Part shown: one piece after another, positions 38,798 to 47,927 of the stretch
Numbering within the stretch: the stretch's first letter is position 1
How the letters are laid out: each line of letters opens with the position of its first letter
Notes under the pieces: generated by a model
The model's input: only the letters and a program-made list of their open reading frames with translations
Told to the model about the DNA's origin: nothing
Databases searched by the model: none
Program-made: the position numbers and the translations under genes
Assembly: GCA_021777675.1 (NCBI GenBank)
Contig: JAJYDG010000003.1
Span: 1 to 49,845, forward strand
Direction of reading: 5' to 3'
From: a bacterium
GTDB taxonomy: Bacteria; Patescibacteriota; Minisyncoccia; Moranbacterales; UBA2206
DNA length: 49,845 nucleotides

Positions 38798-39199
38798 ATG
38801 CGAATAACATCAGCTCAATACGCAAAATCGTTGTATGAAGTAACACTTGAAAGGTCTCATAAGGAAATTGATGTTTTAGTGTCTAATTTTATAAAAATTT
38901 TAGCAAAAAATGGACAATTGAAATTAAAAAATGAAATCTTGCAAAAATTTGAAACAATTTTCAATCAAAAAAATGAAATCATTGTAGCTCAAGTTATTTC
39001 GCGAGAAAAATTAAACAAAGAAACACTTGAAAAATTAAGCGAATATATTAAAAAAAAATATTTTGCAAAAGAGGTCGCCATAGACAATAAAATTGATGAA
39101 AGTATTGATGGCGGAATAGTTATAAAAGTGGGACATGAAATAATGAATGCCGGTTTAAAAGAAAAGCTTAGAAAAATGAAGAATGTTTTGATTAGTTGA
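38798..39199 (+). CDS. atpH: ATP synthase F1 subunit delta (short form)
   Basis: QYAKSLY; IDESIDGGIVIKVG; operon position. Confidence 0.9.
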   Translation: MRITSAQYAKSLYEVTLERSHKEIDVLVSNFIKILAKNGQLKLKNEILQKFETIFNQKNEIIVAQVISREKLNKETLEKLSEYIKKKYFAKEVAIDNKIDESIDGGIVIKVGHEIMNAGLKEKLRKMKNVLIS

Positions 39200-39236
39200 A
39201 AATTAAAACAATTTAACAAATTAGAAATTGAAAACT

Positions 39237-40772
39237 ATGAACAAGGACTATGTGATTGAGAATTTGAAAAAGCAAATTAATGAATTCGATGCAACGGCAA
39301 AAATGGAAAAAGTGGGAACCGTGGTGGAAATCGGTGATGGTGTTGCGCGCATTGTCGGGCTTAGCGAAGCGATGTCTTATGAAATGTTGGAATTTTTTCC
39401 TGTGGAAAAAAAAGATAAAGAAATGGCATCGGTTTTTGGCGTGGCGCTTAATCTTGAAGAAGATCGTATTGGTGCGATTATTTTGGGAGCTTATGAAAAA
39501 ATTAAGGAAGGAGATATGGTGCGAGCAACCGGGAATGTTTTGTCTGTTCCCGTTTCAGAAAATTTTATTGGTCGCGTAATTGATCCGTTGGGATTTCCAG
39601 TCGATGGAAAAGGTGCGATTATTTCTGAAAAAAGATATCCGATTGAAAAAATTGCCCCCGGAGTAATCACAAGAAAATCAGTGCATCAGCCACTTCAAAC
39701 CGGAATAAAAGTAATTGATGCAATGATTCCTATCGGTCGCGGACAACGCGAACTGATTATTGGGGATCGTCAAACGGGGAAAACGGCAATTGCTATTGAC
39801 ACGATTATCAATCAAAAAGGTCAAAATGTAAAATGTATCTATGTGGCAATTGGACAAAAAGAATCTAAGGTTGCGAGAATTGTGGCGGAGCTTGAAGCGC
39901 GCGGAGCAATGGAATATACAACTGTTGTTGTGGCGGGCGCATCCGATCCAGCTCCGCTTTCCTATATTGCTCCTTATGCCGGATGTGCGCTGGGAGAATA
40001 TTTTATGGATAAAGGCGAAGATGTTTTGATTGTGTATGATGATTTATCTCGCCATGCTTGGGCTTATCGACAGATTTCTTTAATTTTGCGTCGTCCGCCA
40101 GGGCGCGAGGCCTATCCCGGAGACGTTTTTTATATTCATTCTCGACTATTGGAAAGAAGCGCGAAATTAAATGAAAATTTTGGTGGCGGATCAATGACAG
40201 CATTGCCAATTATTGAAACGCAAGCCGGCGATGTCAGCGCCTATATTCCAACTAATGTTATTTCCATTACTGATGGTCAAATTTATTTGGAGGCGGATTT
40301 GTTTTATAAAGGCGTTCGCCCGGCACTTAATGCCGGAATTTCTGTTTCGCGCGTGGGAGGCGATGCGCAAACTAAAGCGATGAAAAAAGTGGCTGGAAAA
40401 TTGCGTTTGGATATCGCTCAATTTCGCGAATTGGAAGCATTTGCCCAATTCGGATCTGATTTGGATGAAGATACAAGACAAAGAATTGGAAGAGGCAGGC
40501 GCACAGTGGAGATTCTAAAACAAAATCAATATGAACCGATGAGCGTGCCTAACCAAGTGGCAATTATATATGCTGTAATCAATGGTTATCTTGATGATGT
40601 GGCAGTTGAAAATATTTCAAAATGGGAAGCGGATTTTCATAAATACTTGGAACTTAACCAAAAAGCGGTTTTAAATTTAATTTCGGAGAAAAAGGAGTTG
40701 ACAGATGAAATTGTGGCAAAACTTCAGGCGGCAATTAAAGAATTTAAGGAGATATATCAAAATGGAAATTAA
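39237..40772 (+). CDS. atpA: ATP synthase F1 subunit alpha
   Basis: [39 protein letters not shown]. Confidence 0.98.
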   Translation: MNKDYVIENLKKQINEFDATAKMEKVGTVVEIGDGVARIVGLSEAMSYEMLEFFPVEKKDKEMASVFGVALNLEEDRIGAIILGAYEKIKEGDMVRATGNVLSVPVSENFIGRVIDPLGFPVDGKGAIISEKRYPIEKIAPGVITRKSVHQPLQTGIKVIDAMIPIGRGQRELIIGDRQTGKTAIAIDTIINQKGQNVKCIYVAIGQKESKVARIVAELEARGAMEYTTVVVAGASDPAPLSYIAPYAGCALGEYFMDKGEDVLIVYDDLSRHAWAYRQISLILRRPPGREAYPGDVFYIHSRLLERSAKLNENFGGGSMTALPIIETQAGDVSAYIPTNVISITDGQIYLEADLFYKGVRPALNAGISVSRVGGDAQTKAMKKVAGKLRLDIAQFRELEAFAQFGSDLDEDTRQRIGRGRRTVEILKQNQYEPMSVPNQVAIIYAVINGYLDDVAVENISKWEADFHKYLELNQKAVLNLISEKKELTDEIVAKLQAAIKEFKEIYQNGN

Positions 40773-40777
40773 AAAAT

Positions 40778-41743
40778 ATGAATTCAGCCCGAGATATTAA
40801 AAGACGAATAAAATCAATCGGTAACACCAAAAAAATCACCCGTGCAATGGAGATGGTTTCAGCTGCCAAAATGCGTCGTTCCGTTGCAAGTGTTTTAAGC
40901 ATTCGTCCCTATGCGCATAGCGCTTGGAATGTGCTTATGAATTTGGCTGATTCGATTGATAGCCAAAAAGAAGGATTGCTTTTAGTGCGAGAAGTGAAAA
41001 ATATTTTAATAGTGGTTATCGCCGCTAATCGTGGTTTGTGCGGTTCTTTTAATGCTCAGGTGGCGAAAAAAATTAAAGATGAATTGACAAATCCGGTTAA
41101 ATTGAAGATAAATAAAATTGGGAATAAGAAAAATGATGAATTTCTCGCTGATAATACAGAGGAAGTCAGAGTAGATTTTATTACTGTCGGAAAAAAAAGC
41201 GAGGTAATGGTTAAAAGGCTTGGTAAAGAAATTATTGCTACCTTTCCGGAGCTTACTTATTTGCCAAAAATTGAAGATGTGCGAGCGGTGACCAAAATTA
41301 TTATAAATGAATATTTGGAAAAAAAATACGATAAAGTTGCAGTAATTTATACGGACTATATTTCCGCTATTAATCAGCAAACTAAAATCAGGCAAATTTT
41401 GCCAGTTTCCAAATTGGATTTAGAAAAACAAATTGCTGAAATGGATGTTTTGGCTGATAGTGTTGGTTTGAATAGCGCAAAAATTGAATACGAAATTGAA
41501 CCAAGTCGAAAGGAAGTTTTGGAATGTATTTTTCCCAGATTGATAGAAATGCAAATTTACCATGCTATTTTAGAATCAAATGCTTCAAAGGAATCATCAA
41601 GAATGTTGGCAATGAGAAATGCGACGGACGCGGCAGGAGAGATGGCTGATGGATTGACACTTGCCTATAATCAACTCCGACAAGCAAAGATTACTCAAGA
41701 AATAGCAGAGATTTCTGCAGGAAAAGCAACTCTTGAAGGGTAA
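40778..41743 (+). CDS. atpG: ATP synthase F1 subunit gamma
   Basis: KITRAMEMVSAAK, RGLCGSFN, RQAKITQEIAEI. Confidence 0.97.
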   Translation: MNSARDIKRRIKSIGNTKKITRAMEMVSAAKMRRSVASVLSIRPYAHSAWNVLMNLADSIDSQKEGLLLVREVKNILIVVIAANRGLCGSFNAQVAKKIKDELTNPVKLKINKIGNKKNDEFLADNTEEVRVDFITVGKKSEVMVKRLGKEIIATFPELTYLPKIEDVRAVTKIIINEYLEKKYDKVAVIYTDYISAINQQTKIRQILPVSKLDLEKQIAEMDVLADSVGLNSAKIEYEIEPSRKEVLECIFPRLIEMQIYHAILESNASKESSRMLAMRNATDAAGEMADGLTLAYNQLRQAKITQEIAEISAGKATLEG

Positions 41744-41768
41744 AATAATTAAATGTAATTAAATCTAG

Positions 41769-43163
<1,395 letters not shown>

Positions 43164-43174
43164 ATCAATGAAAT

Positions 43175-43624
43175 ATGAATTTTATGTCTAAACCGATGCT
43201 AAAATTTAAAATAGTTACTCCTGAAAAAACTGTTTTTGAGGAGCAGGTGGAGCAAGCAACGCTAACGACTAGCAGTGGGCAAATTACTATTCTACCTAAT
43301 CATGTAAATTACATCGCAAGTCTCATTCCAGGAGAAGCGATGATTAAAAAAGATGGAAAGGAAATATATCTTTCTATTTCAGGGGGCTTTATTGAGTTTA
43401 ATTCTAATACCTTGACAGTTTTAGCTGATACGGCGGAAAGAGCTGATGAAATCGATCTTGTTCGAGCTGAGGAAGCAAGAAAGAAAGCGGAAGAATTAAA
43501 AAATAAAACTATTTCAATGAATGAAGAGGAATATGCTCGTGTGGCTGTGGCAATTCAAAAAGAATCTGCTAGAATTAGCGTGGCGAAAAAGCATCATACA
43601 AAAAGAGGTCTTAAAATGGAATAA
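43175..43624 (+). CDS. atpC: ATP synthase F1 subunit epsilon
   Basis: IVTPE, G.ITILPNH, SGGFIE, LAD.AE...EID. Confidence 0.95.
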   Translation: MNFMSKPMLKFKIVTPEKTVFEEQVEQATLTTSSGQITILPNHVNYIASLIPGEAMIKKDGKEIYLSISGGFIEFNSNTLTVLADTAERADEIDLVRAEEARKKAEELKNKTISMNEEEYARVAVAIQKESARISVAKKHHTKRGLKME

Positions 43625-43656
43625 AACAATATGATTTTTTGATAAATTGCAACGAC

Positions 43657-43719
43657 TTGACGAATCTTTCAAATTTTGTCAAAATGATGTTGTTAGCACT
43701 CAAATAGTTTGACTGCTAA
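43657..43719 (+). promoter_or_regulatory. sigma70 promoter plus CIRCE element (HrcA operator) upstream of groL
   Basis: TTGACG (43657-43662), 17 bp, CAAAAT; TTAGCACTC-N9-GACTGCTAA (43693-43719), one mismatch from the CIRCE consensus. Confidence 0.9.
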
Positions 43720-43748
43720 AATAATAATTTAATTTTTTTTTAAAAAAT

Positions 43749-45419
43749 ATGAGTAAACTTATTTTGTTTGATGAGGATGCAAGACAAAAAATTAGAGCCG
43801 GAATTGATAAAGTGGCTGATGCCGTTAAAACTACAATTGGTCCGAGAGGAAGAAATGTTATTTTGGATAAAGGTTTTGGATCGCCGGTTATTACTAATGA
43901 TGGAGTTTCTATTGCCAAGGAGATTGATTTGGAGGATAAGTTTGAAAATATTGGCGCCGATTTGATTAAGGAGGTTGCTAATAAAACTAATGATAACGCC
44001 GGAGATGGAACTACGACAGCAACAGTTTTAGCTCAGGCTATTGTGCGCGAAGGTTCAAAATTAGTGGCAACCGGAATGAATCCGATCAGTATTCGAAAAG
44101 GAATTGAAGATGCAAAAAACGATGTGGTTAAGGGTCTTAAAAAAATCGCTAAAGCCATTGGTTCCAAAGAGGAAATTGCTCAGGTGGCAACAATCTCGGC
44201 AGAAAGTGCGGAAATGGGAAAGATGATTTCCGAGGTGATTGCGCAGGTAGGAAAAGATGGTGTTATTACTGTTGAAGAATCACAAACTTTCGGCTTGGAA
44301 AAAGAAATTGTGGAGGGTATGACTTTTGATAAGGGTTATATCTCTCCCTATATGATCACTAACAGCGAGACGCTTAAAGCGGAACTGAAAGAAGTTAATA
44401 TTATTATTACAGACAAAAAAATTTCGGCCGTAGCGGAAATTTTGCCGATTTTGGAAAAAATTACTGCTAGTGGCAAAAAGGATATTGTAATTATTGCTGA
44501 AGATGTTGATGGCGAAGCTCTTACAACCTTGGTAGTGAATAAGTTGCGAGGCATTCTTAATGTTTTAGCAATTAAAGCGCCGGAATTTGGCGATAATAAG
44601 AAGGCGATGTTGGAAGATATTGCAATTATCACCGGTGGGCGAGTTATTTCCGAAGAAACGGGAATGAAGTTGGAAGATGCTGAATTAAATATGCTTGGAC
44701 AGGCGTCTAAAATAATTTCTACAAAAGACAATACAACGATTGTTGGAGGCAAAGGAAAAAAGAAGGAAATAGAAATGCGCATTGCTCAAATTAAAAAGCA
44801 AATGGCTATAAGCGAAAGCAAATGGGATAAAGAAAAGATGCAAAAAAGATTGGCGAAAATATCAGGCGGGGTAGCTGTGATTAAAGTTGGAGCGGCAACC
44901 GAAACCGAATTGACATATATGAAACATAAAATGGAAGATGCGCTTGCCGCTACGAGAGCAGCCTATGAAGAAGGAATTGTCGCCGGAGGTGGTGTAGCGC
45001 TTTTGCGAGTGTCCAACGAATTATTGCTGAAAGCGGAAGCGAGTAATAATCTTAGTGGAAATAATTTAGAACATTCTGTCGGTTATAAAATGTTATTAAG
45101 CGCCTTAATGGAACCGGCCAAGCAAATCGTGGCTAACGGCGGACAAAAAGATCCGGGGGTTGTTATTTATGAAATAATTAAAAACAAATCTGTTAATTAT
45201 GGCTTTGACGCAAGTTCTGGTGAGTATGTTTCGGATATGCTTAAGGCTGGGATTATCGATCCTATGAAAGTAACCAGAACGGCATTGGAAAATGCTGTAA
45301 GCATTTCTTCGATTTTTTTGACAACGCAAGTTGCCATTGCAGAAAAGCCGGAAGAAAAAGAGCATAATCATGGCGGATCGGGAATGCCGGGAATGGGTGG
45401 TATGGGAGGAATGATGTAG
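43749..45419 (+). CDS. groL: Chaperonin GroEL
   Basis: TIGPRGRNV, AGDGTTTATVL, GGM-repeat C-terminus. Confidence 0.98.
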   Translation: MSKLILFDEDARQKIRAGIDKVADAVKTTIGPRGRNVILDKGFGSPVITNDGVSIAKEIDLEDKFENIGADLIKEVANKTNDNAGDGTTTATVLAQAIVREGSKLVATGMNPISIRKGIEDAKNDVVKGLKKIAKAIGSKEEIAQVATISAESAEMGKMISEVIAQVGKDGVITVEESQTFGLEKEIVEGMTFDKGYISPYMITNSETLKAELKEVNIIITDKKISAVAEILPILEKITASGKKDIVIIAEDVDGEALTTLVVNKLRGILNVLAIKAPEFGDNKKAMLEDIAIITGGRVISEETGMKLEDAELNMLGQASKIISTKDNTTIVGGKGKKKEIEMRIAQIKKQMAISESKWDKEKMQKRLAKISGGVAVIKVGAATETELTYMKHKMEDALAATRAAYEEGIVAGGGVALLRVSNELLLKAEASNNLSGNNLEHSVGYKMLLSALMEPAKQIVANGGQKDPGVVIYEIIKNKSVNYGFDASSGEYVSDMLKAGIIDPMKVTRTALENAVSISSIFLTTQVAIAEKPEEKEHNHGGSGMPGMGGMGGMM

Positions 45420-45480
45420 AAAATTATTAAAAAAATAGTCTATTCGTTTTTTGATTTAAAAGAAATTGCAGGCGCTTTTA

Positions 45481-45509
45481 TTGACAAAATGCAGGATATT
45501 TGTTATTGT
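45481..45509 (+). promoter_or_regulatory. sigma70 promoter of the candidate ncRNA
   Basis: Perfect TTGACA (45481-45486), 17 bp, TATTGT (45504-45509) with extended TG. Confidence 0.65.
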
Positions 45510-45514
45510 TTAGC

Positions 45515-45626
45515 GACAAAGAATTTCTATCAGGCACGCTTCAATGCTATTGTTGTGAGCGATAGCGTAAATTCTCTTTCTCCTTTTTGGGGAGTTTCCG
45601 CATACCCCTGGTGGGGATTCTTTGTT
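45515..45626 (+). ncRNA. Candidate structured small RNA (~112 nt), possibly a minimal 6S/SsrS-like RNA
   Basis: 20-bp closing stem 45515-45534 / 45607-45626 with G-U pairs possible only on the + strand; two internal hairpins; flanked by a promoter and a terminator. Confidence 0.6.
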
Positions 45627-45634
45627 AATACATT

Positions 45635-45664
45635 GGCGATTTTTCGAATGAAAAATCGCTTTTT
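45635..45664 (+). terminator. Rho-independent terminator
   Basis: GGCGATTTTTC-GAAT-GAAAAATCGCT-TTTT. Confidence 0.75.
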
Positions 45665-45730
45665 GATTTTTTTGATTTTTTTTGATATAAATGTAATAAG
45701 CTTAACCTTAATAAAAATAAATTTAAAAAT

Positions 45731-46597
45731 ATGCGAATAAAAAAAGCAATTTTACCGGTGGCCGGATTTGGAACACGGTTTTTGCCTGCGACTAAAGCGC
45801 AACCGAAAGAAATGTTGCCCGTTGTTGACAAGCCGGTAGTGCAATATTTAGTTGAGGAAGCGGTTGCTTCAGGAATTGAAGAAATAATTTTTGTTACCGG
45901 AAGAGGAAAAAGAGCCATTGAAGACCATTTTGATATTTCTTTTGAGTTGGAAGAAACATTAGTAGAAAAAAATAAACATGATCTTCTAATGGCAGTACAG
46001 AAAATTCCCAATTTGGCAAAATTTTCTTATGTGAGACAACCGATGCCCTTGGGCGATGGACATGCTATTTTGCAGGCCAGACATATTGTTGGTGATGAGC
46101 CGGCATTGGTTATTTTTGGTGATTGTTTATATGATAGTGAAGTGCCATCAACAAAACAGCTGATGGAAACATTTGATCGCTATAATGATCCAGTAATCGG
46201 ATTAAGTCGTGTGGACATGAAGGATGTTTCCAAATTTGGTGTTTATGACGGAGTAAGGTTGGATGATAAAAATATTGAAGTAAAAAATGTTGTGGAAAAG
46301 CCCAAAATTGAAGATGCTAAATCGGATCTGGTGGCAGTGGGAAAATATATTATCACTCCCGAAGTGTTTGAAGTTCTTTCTAAAATAGAACATGGGAATT
46401 CCGGAGAGATTCGTCTAATTGATGCTTTTGAGATTATGCTTTCAAAAAATCGCCCGATTTATGGGAGAATATTAGATGGGGAGTGGTTGGACACTGGCGA
46501 TAAGTTCAATTTTCTCAAGGCTACAATTCATATCGGATTAAAACATCCTGAAGTTAAGGAAAAATTAAAGGAGTATTTAAGAAAATTAAAGATTTAA
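45731..46597 (+). CDS. galU: UTP-glucose-1-phosphate uridylyltransferase
   Basis: KAILPVAGFGTRFLPATKAQPKEMLPVVDKP, VVEKP. Confidence 0.97.
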   Translation: MRIKKAILPVAGFGTRFLPATKAQPKEMLPVVDKPVVQYLVEEAVASGIEEIIFVTGRGKRAIEDHFDISFELEETLVEKNKHDLLMAVQKIPNLAKFSYVRQPMPLGDGHAILQARHIVGDEPALVIFGDCLYDSEVPSTKQLMETFDRYNDPVIGLSRVDMKDVSKFGVYDGVRLDDKNIEVKNVVEKPKIEDAKSDLVAVGKYIITPEVFEVLSKIEHGNSGEIRLIDAFEIMLSKNRPIYGRILDGEWLDTGDKFNFLKATIHIGLKHPEVKEKLKEYLRKLKI

Positions 46598-46601
46598 AAA
46601 T

Positions 46602-47855
46602 ATGCAACACAATGTGCTTGCCAAAAAAGATGAAGCGGTTTTTCAAATTATTGCTCGTGAAGAAAAAAGACAAAAAGAAGAATTGGAATTGATTGCGTCG
46701 GAAAATTATGTTTCTTTGGCAGTCCTTGAAGCCTTAGGAACAGTATTAACAAATAAATACAGCGAAGGAACTGCAGGACATCGTTACTATGGAGGAAACC
46801 AAAATATTGATGAAATTGAAGCGCTGGCAATTGCGCGACTTAAAAAAATTTTTGGAGCGGAGCATGCTAATGTTCAACCTCTTTCCGGTTCTCCGGCTAA
46901 CGCCTCGGTGTATATGGCGTTTCTCAATCCGGGTGATAAAATTTTGGGTTTAAAACTTGATCATGGCGGACATCTTTCTCACGGACATCCGGTTAATTTT
47001 TCCGGCATGCTTTATAACTTTGTGCAATATGAAGTTGACTCGAAAACCGGACGAATAGATATGGAAGCTGTACGAAAATTGGCAAAAAAAGAAAAACCGA
47101 AAATGATCGTAGCGGGTTACAGTGCTTATTCGCGAGAAGTTGACTGGAAAGAATTTAAGAAAATCGCCGATGAAGTTGGCGCTTATACTTTTGCTGATAT
47201 AGCTCATACGGCCGGATTGATTGCGGCAAAACTATTGGAAAATCCCGTGCCTTATTTTGATGTTGTTTCGACTACAACGCATAAAACCTTGCGTGGTCCG
47301 CGCGGTGCGGTGATTATGTGCCAAGAAAAGTTTGCCAAGAAAATTGATCGAGCGGTTTTTCCCGGAATGCAAGGTGGACCGCATAATCATGTAACAGCGG
47401 CAAAGGCGGTAGCTTTCGGAGAGGTTTTAAGTAAAGACTTTAAGATTTATGCCAGACAGGTAATTAAAAATTCCAAAGTATTGGCTCAAGAATTTTTAAA
47501 AAAAGGTTATGAAATAGTTTCTGGTGGAACTGACAATCATTTGTTTGTTTTGGATTTACAAAATAAAAATATTGGCGGACATGATGCTGAAGTAATTTTG
47601 GAAAAAGTGGGAATTTCTGTTTCTAGATCTACTGTTCCCAATGATTTAAAGTCTCCTATGAATCCATCCGGAATACGAATTGGAACACCAGCCGCAACAA
47701 CTCGCGGAATGAAAGAAAAGGAAATGAAACAAATTGTTTTTTGGATTGACAAAGCTTTGATAAATATGAATAATAATGAAATTTTGGCGCAGATAAAAAA
47801 AGAAGTTAAAAAAATGTGTTTACAGTTTCCATTGCCGGAAATGAAAGAAGTTTAG
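46602..47855 (+). CDS. glyA: Serine hydroxymethyltransferase
   Basis: LIASEN, GGHLSHG, TTTHKTLRGPRG (PLP lysine), GIRIGTPA.TTRG. Confidence 0.98.
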   Translation: MQHNVLAKKDEAVFQIIAREEKRQKEELELIASENYVSLAVLEALGTVLTNKYSEGTAGHRYYGGNQNIDEIEALAIARLKKIFGAEHANVQPLSGSPANASVYMAFLNPGDKILGLKLDHGGHLSHGHPVNFSGMLYNFVQYEVDSKTGRIDMEAVRKLAKKEKPKMIVAGYSAYSREVDWKEFKKIADEVGAYTFADIAHTAGLIAAKLLENPVPYFDVVSTTTHKTLRGPRGAVIMCQEKFAKKIDRAVFPGMQGGPHNHVTAAKAVAFGEVLSKDFKIYARQVIKNSKVLAQEFLKKGYEIVSGGTDNHLFVLDLQNKNIGGHDAEVILEKVGISVSRSTVPNDLKSPMNPSGIRIGTPAATTRGMKEKEMKQIVFWIDKALINMNNNEILAQIKKEVKKMCLQFPLPEMKEV

Positions 47856-47880
47856 AAATTTAGGCATTTATTTTTTTTTA

Positions 47881-47889
47881 TGCTATAAT
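47881..47889 (+). promoter_or_regulatory. Extended -10 promoter of the fibre-like gene
   Basis: TGCTATAAT about 40 nt upstream of ATG 47928. Confidence 0.55.
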
Positions 47890-47927
47890 TTAAATGCAAT
47901 CTTAATTACAAAAGTTAAAAATAAAAA

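Noticed and set aside
45489-45740. 83-aa ORF between groL and galU
   Set aside because: Starts inside the promoter spacer, crosses a terminator and has no recognisable motif; the RNA structure explains the region better
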